Below, one piece after another: positions 1 to 11,900 of a stretch of DNA of 64,000 nucleotides. Within the stretch, counting starts at the first letter, position 1; every line of letters starts with the position of its first letter. The DNA is from Eledone cirrhosa. Lineage: Eukaryota. The stretch covers positions 244,528,001 through 244,592,000 of the forward strand of contig OZ024741.1 in assembly GCA_964016885.1 (NCBI GenBank). The letters are read 5' to 3'. Made by a program: the position numbers and the translations under genes. The notes beneath the pieces were generated by a model. That model did no database searches. It was not told where the DNA came from and saw only the letters and a program-made list of their open reading frames with translations.

Positions 1-33
1 TCCTCATTTAGCATGGGCAGCTTTTCTTGAAAA

Positions 34-229
34 TCACACCACACTCAGCAAATGTGTGTCTGCACATGTACCAGTAATTACAGATCGATCGGCCCACGGG
101 CGGCCGGCTCACGATCGAAAAGGTAACTCCGCCGGCAAATCCGCATTTTTGTGATTCGTTTCTTCGAAGCACACCATTCGCCGCCGGACTTCAGCTTCCA
201 CATTTAGCATGGGCAGCTTTTCTTGAAAA
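34..229 (+). repeat. Example short (S) monomer, 196 bp
   Basis: TCACACCACACTCAGCAAATGTGTGTCTGCACATG...GGACTTCAGCTTCCACATTTAGCATGGGCAGCTTTTCTTGAAAA; the following copies start at 230, 426, 622 and 818. The phase is arbitrary. Confidence 0.97.
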
Positions 230-1601
230 TCACACCACACTCAGCAACTGTGTGTCTGCACATGTACCAATAATTACAGATCGATCGGACCACGGGCGGC
301 CGGCTCACGATCAAAAAGGTAACTCCGCCGGCAAATCCGCATTTTTGTGATTCGTTTCTTCGAAGCACACCATTCGCCGCCGGACTTCAGCTTCCACATT
401 TAGCATGGGCAGCTTTTCTTGAAAATCACACCACTCTCAGCAAATGTGTGTCTGCACATGTACCAGTAATTACAGATCGATCGGACCACGGGCGGCCGGC
501 TCACGATCGAAAAGGTAACTCCGCCGGCAAATCCGCATTTTTGTGATTCGTTTCTTCGAAGCACACCATTCGCCGCCGGACTTCAGCTTCCTCATTTAGC
601 ATGGGCAGCTTTTCTTGAAAATCACACCACACTCAGCAAATGTGTGTCTGCACATGTACCAGTAATTACAGATCGATCCGACCACGGGCGGCCTGCCCAC
701 GATCGAAAAGGTAACTCCGCAGGCAAATTCGCATTTTTGTGATTCGTTTCTTCGAAGCACACCATTCGCTGGTGGACTTCAGCTTCCTCATTTAGCATGG
801 GCAGCTTTTCTTGAAAATCACACCACACTCAGCAAATGTGTGTCTGCACATGTACCAGTAATTACAGATCGATCCGACCACGGGCGGCCGGCCCACGATC
901 GAAAAGGTAACTCCGCCGGCAAATCCGCATTTTTGTGATTCGTTTCTTCGAAGCACACCATTCGCCGCCGGACTTCAGCTTCCACATTTAGCATGGGCAG
1001 CTTTTCTTGAAAATCACACCACACTCAGCAAATGTGTGTCTGCACATGTACCAGTAATTACAGATCGATCGGACCACGGGCGGCCGGCTCACGATCGAAA
1101 AGGTAACTCCGCCGGCAAATCCGCATTTTTGTGATTCGTTTCTTCGAAGCACACCATTCGCCGGCGGACTTCAGCTTCCTCATTTAGCATGGGCAGCTTT
1201 TCTTGAAAATCACACCACACTCAGCAAATGTGTGTCTGCACATGTACCAGTAATTACAGATCGATCCGCCCACGGGTGGCCGCCCCACGATCTAAAATGT
1301 AACTCCGCCGGCAAATCCGCATTTTTGTGATTCGTTTCTTCGAAGCACACCATTCGCCGCCGGACTTCAGCTTCCACATTTAGCATGGGCAGCTTTTCTT
1401 GAAAATCACACCACACTCAGCAAATCTGTGTCTGCACATGTAACAGTAATTACAGATCGATCCGACCACGGGCGGTCAGCCCACGATCGAAAAGGTAACT
1501 CCGCCGGCAAATCCGCATTTTTGTGATTCGTTTCTTCGAAGCACACCATTCGCCGCCGGACTTCAGCTTCCTCATTTAGCATGGGCAGCTTTTCTTGCAA
1601 A

Positions 1602-1828
1602 TCACACTACACACAGCAAATCTGTGTCTGCACATGTACCAGTAACTACAGATCGATCCGACCACGGGCAGCCGGCCCGCGTTTGAAAAGGTAACTCCGC
1701 CGGCAAATCGTCATTTTTGGATTCGTTTTCTTCGAAGCACACCATTCGCCGGCGGACTTTGTTGACGTTTAACACGGTTTGGTTCCACAGCCACAACTAT
1801 TGATTTTACGGAGATATCTTGCTGAAAT
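1602..1828 (+). repeat. Example long (L) monomer, 227 bp
   Basis: Same core as S, but after GGACT it carries a 70 bp tail at 1759-1828 (TTGTTGACGTTTAACACGGTTTGGTTCCACAGCCACAACTATTGATTTTACGGAGATATCTTGCTGAAAT) in place of the 39 bp S tail. The next monomer starts at 1829. Confidence 0.97.
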
Positions 1829-4800
1829 TCACGCCACACATAGCCAATGATTGTCTGCACATGTACCAGTAATTACAGATCGATCCGACCACGGGTGGCC
1901 GGCCCGCGATTGAAAAGGTAACTCCGCCAGCAAATCGTCATTTTTGGATTCGTTTTCTTCGAAGCACACCATTCGCCGGCGGACTTTGTTGACGTTTAAC
2001 ACGGTTTGGTTCCACAGCCACAACTATTGATTTTACGGAGATATCTTGCTGAAATTCACGCCACACATACCCAATGGGTGTCTGCACATGTACCAGTAAT
2101 TACAGATCGATCCGCCCACGGGTGGCCGGCCCACGATCTAAAATGTAACCCCGCCGGCAAATCCGCATTTTTGTGATTAGTTTCTTCGAAGCACACCATT
2201 CGCCGCCGGACTTGAGCTTCCTCATTTAGCATGGGCAGCTTTTCTTGAAAATCACACCACACTCAGCAAATGTGTGTCTGCACATGTACCAGTAATTACA
2301 GATCGATCGGACCACGGGCGGCCGGCTCACGATCGAAAAGGTAACTCCGCCGGCAAATCCGCATTTTTGTGATTCGTTTCTTCGAAGCACACCATTCGCC
2401 GCCGGACTTCAGCTTCCTCATTTAGCATGGGCAGCTTTTCTTGCAAATCACACTACACACAGCAAATCTGTGTCTGCACATGTACCAGTAACTACAGATC
2501 GATCCGACCACGGGCGGCCGGCCCACGATCGAAAAGGTAACTCCGCCGGCAAATCGTCATTTTTGGATTCGTTTTCTTCGAAGCACACCATTCGCCGGCG
2601 GACTTTGTTGACGTTTAACACGGTTTGGTTCCACAGCCACAACTATTGATTTTACGGAGATATCTTGCTGGAATTCACGCCACACATACCCAATGAGTGT
2701 CTGCACATGTACCAGTAACTACAGATCGATCCGACCACGGGCAGCCGGCCCGCGATTGAAAAGGTAACTCCGCCGGCAAATCGTCATTTTTGGATTCGTT
2801 TTCTTCGAAGCACACCATTCGCCGGCGGACTTTGTTGACGTTTAACACGGTTTGGTTCCACAGCCACAACTATTGATTTTACGGAGATATCTTGCTGAAA
2901 TTCACGCCACACATACCCAATGAGTGTCTGCACATGTACCAGTAAATACAGATCGATCCGCCCACGGGTGGCCGGCCCACGATCTAAAATGTAACTCCGC
3001 CGGCAAATCCGCATTTTTGTGATTAGTTTGTTCGAAGCACACCATTCGCCGCCGGACTTGAGCTTCCTCATTTAGCATGGACAGCTTTTCTTGAAAATCA
3101 CACCACACTCAGCAAATGTGTGTCTGCACATGTACCAGTAACTACAGATCGATCCGACCACGGGCGGCCTGCCCACGATCGAAAAGGTAACTCCGCAGGC
3201 AAATTCGCATTTTTGTGATTCGTTTCTTCGAAGCACACCATTCGCTGGTGGTCTTCAGCTTCCTCATTTAGCATGGGCAGCTTTTCTTGAAAATCACACC
3301 ACACTCAGCAAATGTGTGTCTGCACATGTACCAGTAATTACAGATCGATCGGCCCACGGGCGGCCGGCTCACGATCGAAAAGGTAACTCCGCCGGCAAAT
3401 CCGCATTTTTGTGATTCGTTTCTTCGAAGCACACCATTCGCCGCCGGACTTCAGCTTCCACATTTAGCATGGGCAGCTTTTCTTGAAAATCACACCACAC
3501 TCAGCAACTGTGTGTCTGCACATGTACCAATAATTACAGATCGATCGGACCACGGGCGGCCGGCTCACGATCAAAAAGGTAACTCCGCCGGCAAATCCGC
3601 ATTTTTGTGATTCGTTTCTTCGAAGCACACCATTCGCCGCCGGACTTCAGCTTCCTCATTTAGCATGGGCAGCTTTTCTTGAAAATCACACCACACTCAG
3701 CAAATGTGTGTCTGCACATGTACCAGTAATTACAGATCGATCCGACCACGGACGGCCGGCCCACGATCGAAAAGGTAACTCCGCCGGCAAATCCGCATTT
3801 TTGTGATTCGTTTCTTCGAAGCACACCATTCGCCGCCGGACTTCAGCTTCCACATTAAGCATGGGCAGCTTTTCTTGAAAATCACACCACTCTCAGCAAA
3901 TGTGTGTCTGCACATGTACCAGTAATTACAGATCGATCGGACCACGGGCGGCCGGCTCACGATCGAAAAGGTAACTCCGCCGGCAAATCCGCATTTTTGT
4001 GATTCGTTTCTTCGAAGCACACCATTCGCCGCCGGACTTCAGCTTCCTCATTTAGCATGGGCAGCTTTTCTTGAAAATCACACCACACTCAGCAAATGTG
4101 TGTCTGCACATGTACCAGTAATTACAGATCGATCCGACCACGGGCGGCCTGCCCACGATCGAAAAGGTAACTCCGCAGGCAAATTCGCATTTTTGTGATT
4201 CGTTTCTTCGAAGCACACCATTCGCTGGTGGACTTCAGCTTCCTCATTTAGCATGGGCAGCTTTTCTTGAAAATCACACCACACTCAGCAAATGTGTGTC
4301 TGCACATGTACCAGTAATTACAGATCGATCCGACCACGGGCGGCCGGCCCACGATCGAAAAGGTAACTCCGCCGGCAAATCCGCATTTTTGTGATTCGTT
4401 TCTTCGAAGCACACCATTCGCCGCCGGACTTCAGCTTCCACATTTAGCATGGGCAGCTTTTCTTGAAAATCACACCACACTCAGCAAATGTGTGTCTGCA
4501 CATGTACCAGTAATTACAGATCGATCGGACCACGGGCGGCCGGCTCACGATCGAAAAGGTAACTCCGCCGGCAAATCCGCATTTTTGTGATTCGTTTCTT
4601 CGAAGCACACCATTCGCCGCCGGACTTCAGCTTCCACATTTAGCATGGGCAGCTTTTCTTGAAAATCACACCACACTCAGCAAATCTGTGTCTGCACATG
4701 TAACAGTAATTACAGATCGATCCGACCACGGGCGGTCAGCCCACGATCGAAAAGGTAACTCCGCCGGCAAATCCGCATTTTTGTGATTCGTTTCTTCGAA

Positions 4801-5934
4801 GCACACCATTCGCCGCCGGACTTCAGCTTCCTCATTTAGCATGGGCAGCTTTTCTTGCAAATCACACTACACACAGCAAATCTGTGTCTGCACATGTACC
4901 AGTAACTACAGATCGATCCGACCACGGGCAGCCGGCCCGCGATTGAAAAGGTAACTCCGCCGGCAAATCGTCATTTTTGGATTCGTTTTCTTCGAAGCAC
5001 ACCATTCGCCGGCGGACTTTGTTGACGTTTAACACGGTTTGGTTCCACAGCCACAACTATTGATTTTACGGAGATATCTTGCTGAAATTCACGCCACACA
5101 TAGCCAATGATTGTCTGCACATGTACCAGTAATTACAGATCGATCCGACCACGGGTGGCCGGCCCGCGATTGAAAAGGTAACTCCGCCAGCAAATCGTCA
5201 TTTTTGGATTCGTTTTCTTCGAAGCACACCATTCGCCGGCGGACTTTGTTGACGTTTAACACGGTTTGGTTCCACAGCCACAACTATTGATTTTACGGAG
5301 ATATCTTGCTGAAATTCACGCCACACATACCCAATGGGTGTCTGCACATGTACCAGTAATTACAGATCGATCCGCCCACGGGTGGCCGGCCCACGATCTA
5401 AAATGTAACTCCGCCGGCAAATCCGCATTTTTGTGATTAGTTTCTTCGAAGCACACCATTCGCCGCCGGACTTGAGCTTCCTCATTTAGCATGGGCAGCT
5501 TTTCTTGAAAATCACACCACACTCAGCAAATGTGTGTCTGCACATGTACCAGTAATTACAGATCGATCGGACCACGGGCGGCCGGCTCACGATCGAAAAG
5601 GTAACTCCGCCGGCAAATCCGCATTTTTGTGATTCGTTTCTTCGAAGCACACCATTCGCCGCCGGACTTCAGCTTCCTCATTTAGCATGGGCAGCTTTTC
5701 TTGCAAATCACACTACACACAGCAAATCTGTGTCTGCACATGTACCAGTAACTACAGATCGATCCGACCACGGGCGGCCGGCCCACGATCGAAAAGGTAA
5801 CTCCGCCGGCAAATCGTCATTTTTGGATTCGTTTTCTTCGAAGCACACCATTCGCCGGCGGACTTTGTTGACGTTTAACACGGTTTGGTTCCACAGCCAC
5901 AACTATTGATTTTACGGAGATATCTTGCTGGAAT

Positions 5935-8900
5935 TCACGCCACACATACCCAATGAGTGTCTGCACATGTACCAGTAAATACAGATCGATACGCCCACGG
6001 GTGGCCGGCCCACGATCTAAAATGTAACTCCGCCGGCAAATCCGCATTTTTGTGATTCGTTTCTTCGAAGCACACCATTCGCTGGTGGACTTCAGCTTCC
6101 TCATTTAGAATGGGCAGCTTTTCTTGAAAATCACACCACACTCAGCAAATGTGTGTCTGCACATGTACCAGTAATTACAGATCGATCCGCCCACGGGCGG
6201 CCGGCTCACGATCGAAAATGTAACTCCGCCGGCAAATTCGCATTTTTGTGATTCGTTTCTTCGAAGCACACCATTCGCCGCCGGACTTCAGCTTCCTCAT
6301 TTAGCATGGGCAGCTTTTCTTGAAAATCACACCACACTCAGCAAATGTGTGTCTGCACATGTACCAGTAATTACAGATCGATCGGCCCACGGGCGGCCGG
6401 CTCACGATCGAAAAGGTAACTCCGCCGGCAAATCCGCATTTTTGTGATTCGTTTCTTCGAAGCACACCATTCGCCGCCGGACTTCAGCTTCCACATTTAG
6501 CATGGGCAGCTTTTCTTGAAAATCACACCACACTCAGCAACTGTGTGTCTGCACATGTACCAGTAATTACAGATCGATCGGACCACGGGCGGCCGGCTCA
6601 CGATCAAAAAGGTAACTCCGCCGGCAAATCCGCATTTTTGTGATTCGTTTCTTCGAAGCACACCATTCGCCGCCGGACTTCAGCTTCCTCATTTAGCATG
6701 GGCAGCTTTTCTTGAAAATCACACCACACTCAGCAAATGTGTGTCTGCACATGTACCAGTAATTACAGATCGATCCGACCACGGGCGGCCGGCCCACGAT
6801 CGAAAAGGTAACTCCGCCGGCAAATCCGCATTTTTGTGATTCGTTTCTTCGAAGCACACCATTCGCCGCCGGACTTCAGCTTCCACATTTAGCATGGGCA
6901 GCTTTTCTTGAAAATCACACCACTCTCAGCAAATGTGTGTCTGCACATGTACCAGTAATTACAGATCGATCCGCCCACGGGAGGCCGGCCCACGATCGAA
7001 AATGTAACTCCGCCGGCAAATCCGCATTTTTGTGATTCGTTTCTTCGAAGCACACCATTCGCCGCCGGACTTCAGCTTCCACATTTGACATGGGCAGCTT
7101 TTCTTGAAAATCACACCACACTCAGCAAATGTGTGTCTGCACATGTACCAGTAATTACAGATCGATCCGACCACGGGCGGCCTGCCCACGATCGAAAAGG
7201 TAACTCCGCAGGCAAATTCGCATTTTTGTGATTCGTTTCTTCGAAGCACACCATTCGCTGGTGGACTTCAGCTTCCTCATTTAGCATGGGCAGCTTTTCT
7301 TGAAAATCACACCACACTCAGCAAATGTGTGTCTGCACATGTACCAGTAATTACAGATCGATCCGACCACGGGCGGCCGGCCCACGATCGAAAAGGTAAC
7401 TCCGCCGGCAAATCCGCATTTTTGTGATTCATTTCTTCGAAGCACACCATTCGCCGCCGGACTTCAGCTTCCACATTTAGCATGGGCAGCTTTTCTTGAA
7501 AATCACACCACACTCAGCAAATGTGTGTCTGCACATGTACCAGTAATTACAGATCGATCGGACCACGGGCGGCCGGCTCACGATCGAAAAGGTAACTCCG
7601 CCGGCAAATCCGCATTTTTGTGATTCGTTTCTTCGAAGCACACCATTCGCCGGCGGACTTCAGCTTCCTCATTTAGCATGGGCAGCTTTTCTTGAAAATC
7701 ACACCACACTCAGCAAATGTGTGTCTGCACATGTACCAGTAATTACAGATCGATCCGCCCACGGGTGGCCGGCCCACGATCGAAAATGTAACTCCGCCGG
7801 CAAATCCGCATTTTTGTGATTCGTTTCTTCGAAGCACACCATTCGCCGCCGGACTTCAGCTTCCACATTTGACATGGGCAGCTTTTCTTGAAAATCACAC
7901 CACACTCAGCAAATCTGTGTCTGCACATGTACCTTTAATTACAGATCGATCCGACCATGGGCGGTCAGCCCACGATCGAAAAGGTAACTCCGCCGGCAAA
8001 TCCGCATTTTTGTGATTCGTTTCTTCGAAGCACACCATTCGTCGCCGGACTTCAGCTTCCACATTTAGCATGGGCAGCTTTTCTTGAAAATCACACCACA
8101 CTCAGCAAATGTGTGTCTGCACATGTACCAGTAATTACAGATCGATCGGACCACGGGCGGCCGGCTCACGATCGAAAAGGTAACTCCGCCGGCAAATCCG
8201 CATTTTTGTGATTCGTTTCTTCGAAGCACACCATTCGCCGCCGGACTTCAGCTTCCTCATTTAGCATGGGCAGCTTTTCTTGAAAATCACACCACACTCA
8301 GCAAATGTGTGTCTGCACATGTACCAGTAATTACAGATCGATCGGACCGCGGGCGGCCTGCCCACGATCGAAAAGGTAACTCCGCAGGCAAATTCGCATT
8401 TTTGTGATTCGTTTCTTCGAAGCACACCATTCGCTGGTGGACTTCAGCTTCCTCATTTAGCATGGGCAGCTTTTCTTGAAAATCACACCACACTCAGCAA
8501 ATGTGTGTCTGCACATGTACCAGTAATTACAGATCGATCGGACCACGGGCGGCCGGCTCACGATCGAAAAGGTAACTCCGCCGGCAAATCCGCATTTTTG
8601 TGATTCGTTTCTTCGAAGCACACCATTCGCCGCCGGACTTCAGCTTCCTCATTTAGCATGGGCAGCTTTTCTTGAAAATCACACCACACTCAGCAAATGT
8701 GTGTCTGCACATGTACCAGTAATTACAGATCGATTCGCCCACGGGTAGCCGGCCCACGATCGAAAATGTAACTCCGCCGGCAAATCCGCATTTTTGTGAT
8801 TCGTTTCTTCGAAGCACACCATTCGACGCCGGACTTCAGCTTCCACATTTAGCATGGGCAGCTTTTCTTGAAAATCACACCACACTCAGCAAATGTGTGT

Positions 8901-11900
8901 CTGCACATGTACCAGTAATTACAGATCGATCCGACCACGGGCGGCCTGCCCACGATCGAAGAGGTAACTCCGCAGGCAAATTCGCATTTTTGTGATTCGT
9001 TTCTTCGAAGCACACCATTCGCTGGTGGACTTCAGCCTCCTCATTTAGCATGGGCAGCTTTTCTTGAAAATCACACCACACTCAGCAAATGTGTGTCTGC
9101 ACATGTACCAGTAATTACAGATCGATCCGACCACGGGCGGTCAGCCCACGATCGAAAAGGTAACTCCGCCGGCAAATCCGCATTTTTGTGATTCGTTTCT
9201 TCGAAGCACACCATTCGCCGCCGGACTTCAGCTTCCTCATTTAGCATGGGCAGCTTTTCTTGAAAATCACACCACACTCAGCAAATGTGTGTCTGCACAT
9301 GTACCAGTAATTACAGATCGATCCGACCGCGGGCGGCCTGCCCACGATCGAAAAGGTAACTCCGCAGGCAAATTCGCATTTTTGTGATTCGTTTCTTCGA
9401 AGCACACCATTCGCTGGTGGACTTCAGCTTCGTCATTTAGCATGGGCAGCTTTTCTTGAAAATCACACCACACTCAGCAAATGTGTGTCTGCACATGTAC
9501 CAGTAATTACAGATCGATCCGCCCACGGGTAGCCGGCCCACGATCGAAAATGTAACTCCGCCGGCAAATCCGCATTTTTGTGATTCGTTTCTTCGAAGCA
9601 CACCATTCGCCGCCGGACTTCAGCTTCCACATTTAGCATGGGCAGCTTTTCTTGAAAATCACACCACACTCAGCAAATGTGTGTCTGCACATGTACCAGT
9701 AATTACAGATCGATCGGACCACGGGCGGCCGGCTCACGATCGAAAAGGTAACTCCACCGGCAAATCCGCATTTTTGTGATTCGTTTCTTCGAAGCACACC
9801 ATTCGCTGGTGGACTTCAGCTTCGTCATTTAGCATGGGCAGCTTTTCTTGAAAATCACACCACACTCAGCAAATGTGTGTCTGCACATGTACCAGTAATT
9901 ACAGATCGATCCGCCCACGGGTAGCCGGCCCACGATCGAAAATGTAACTCCGCCGGCAAATCCGCATTTTTGTGATTCGTTTCTTCGAAGCACACCATTC
10001 GCCGCCGGACTTCAGCTTCCACATTTAGCATGGGCAGCTTTTCTTGAAAATCACACCACACTCAGCAAATGTGTGTCTGCACATGTACCAGTAATTACAG
10101 ATCGATCGGACCATGGGCGACCGGCTCACGATCGAAAAGGTAACTCCGCCGGCAAATCCGCATTTTTGTGATTCGTTTCTTCGAAGCACACCATTCGCCG
10201 CCGGACTTCAGCTTCCTCATTTAGCATGGGCAGCTTTTCTTGAAAATCACACCACACTCAGCAAATGTGTGTCTGCACATGTACCAGTAATTACAGATCG
10301 ATCCGCCCACGGGTAGCCGGCCCACGATCGAAAATGTAACTCCGCCGGCAAATCCGCATTTTTGTGATTCGTTTCTTCGAAGCACACCATTCGCCGCCGG
10401 ACTTCAGCTTCCACATTTAGCATGGGCAGCTTTTCTTGAAAATCACACCACACTCAGCAAATGTGTGTCTGCACATGTACCAGTAATTACAGATCGATCC
10501 GACCACGGGCGGCCTGCCCACGATCGAAGAGGTAACTCCGCAGGCAAATTCGCATTTTTGTGATTCGTTTCTTCGAAGCACACCATTCGCTGGTGGACTT
10601 CAGCTTCCTTATTTAGCATGGGCAGCTTTTCTTGAAAATCACACCACACTCAGCAAATTTGTGTCTGCACATGTACCAGTAATTACAGATCGATCGGACC
10701 ACGGGCGGCCGGCTCACGATCGAAAAGGTAACTCCGCCGGCAAATCCGCATTTTTGTGATTCGTTTCTTCGAAGCTCACCATTCGCCGCCGGACTTCAGC
10801 TTCCTCATTTAGCATGGGCAGCTTTTCTCGAAAATCACAACACACTCAGCAAATGTGTGTCTGCACATGTACCAGTAATTACAGATCGATCCGACCTGGG
10901 GCGGCCGGCCCACGATCGAAAAGGTAACTCCGGCGGCAAATTCGCATTTTTGTGATTCGTTTCTTTGAAGCACACCATTCGCTGGTGGACTTCAGCTTCC
11001 TCATTTAGCATGGGCAGCTTTTCTTGAAAATCACACCACACTCAGCAAATGTGTGTCTGCACATGTACCAGTAATTACAGATCGATCCGACCACGGGCGG
11101 TCAGCCCACGATCGAAAAGGTAACTCCGCCGGCAAATCCGCATTTTTGTGATTCGTTTCTTCGAAGCACACCAATCGCCGCTGGACTTCAGCTTCCACAT
11201 TTAGCATGGGCAGCTTTTCTTGAAAATCACACCACACTCAGCAAATGTGTGTCTGCACATGTACCAGTAATTACAGATCGATCGGACCACGGGCGGCCGG
11301 CTCACGATCGAAAAGGTAACTCCACCGGCAAATCCGCATTTTTGTGATTCGTTTCTTCGAAGCACACCATTCGCTGGTGGACTTCAGCTTCGTCATTTAG
11401 CATGGGCAGCTTTTCTTGAAAATCACACCACACTCAGCAAATGTGTGTCTGCACATGTACCAGTAATTACAGATCGATCCGCCCACGGGTAGCCGGCCCA
11501 CGATCGAAAATATAACTCCGCCGGCAAATCCGCATTTTTGTGATTCGTTTCTTCGAAGCACACCATTCGCCGCCGGACTTCAGCTTCCACATTTAGCATG
11601 GGCAGCTTTTCTTGAAAATCACACCACACTCAGCAAATGTGTGTCTGCACATGTACCAGTAATTACAGATCGATCGGACCATGGGCGGCCGGCTCACGAT
11701 CGAAAAGGTAACTCCGCCGGCAAATCCGCATTTTTGTGATTCGTTTCTTCGAAGCACACCATTCGCCGCCGGACTTCAGCTTCCTCATTTAGCATGGGCA
11801 GCTTTTCTTGAAAATCACACCACACTCAGCAAATGTGTGTCTGCACATGTACCAGTAATTACAGATCGATCCGCCCACGGGTAGCCGGCCCACGATCGAA

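Larger units (their letters stand above)
34..5934 (+). repeat. Imperfect ~3260 bp tandem duplication of mixed S/L monomers
   Basis: Private variants recur at +3260: GGCCCACGGG (91/3351), the CAACTG...TACCAATAAT monomer (230/3490), the GTAACAG monomer (1406/4666), L monomers 1602/4862, 1829/5089 and 2448/5708, and the CCAATGGG monomer (2056/5316). Confidence 0.88.

Noticed and set aside
23-72. Transcription-factor sites (E-boxes CAAATG and CACATG, p53-like GCACATGTAC, HSE-like TTCTTGAA)
   Set aside because: The matches are short or incomplete and expected by chance; repetition in a satellite adds no independent support.
155-180. CENP-B box near the TTCG motifs
   Set aside because: None of the TTCG sites on either strand fits TTCG-N4-A-N2-CGGG.
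34-229. Hammerhead ribozyme as in newt, schistosome or cave cricket satellites
   Set aside because: There is no CTGANGA core on either strand of S or L; the nearest matches are CTGAAGT, CTGAGTG and CTGAAAT.
34-229. Trypanosoma cruzi 195 bp satellite or another named satellite, on the basis of length
   Set aside because: I see no sequence resemblance to the T. cruzi repeat as I recall it, and length alone is not evidence. A database search is needed for any assignment.
29-229. Phased A/T tracts producing intrinsic curvature
   Set aside because: The tracts are only 3-5 bp long, with irregular spacing from about 9 to 44 bp, so a 10 bp periodicity is not evident by eye.
860-925. HDV-like ribozyme: GGCCGGC-N22-GCCGGC resembles HDV P1, and GGCGAATGG on the minus strand resembles the HDV 3' end
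   Set aside because: The conserved L3 loop (UCCUCG-like), the GG of P1.1 after P1, and a correctly placed C-R-A-A J4/2 are missing on both strands by eye. An Infernal or RNArobo search, or a cleavage assay, would settle it.
1775-1795. Pol III B box or tRNA/SINE origin of the L tail (GGTTCCACAGCC)
   Set aside because: It is only a partial match to GGTTCGANTCC, with no convincing A box, cloverleaf or target-site duplication.
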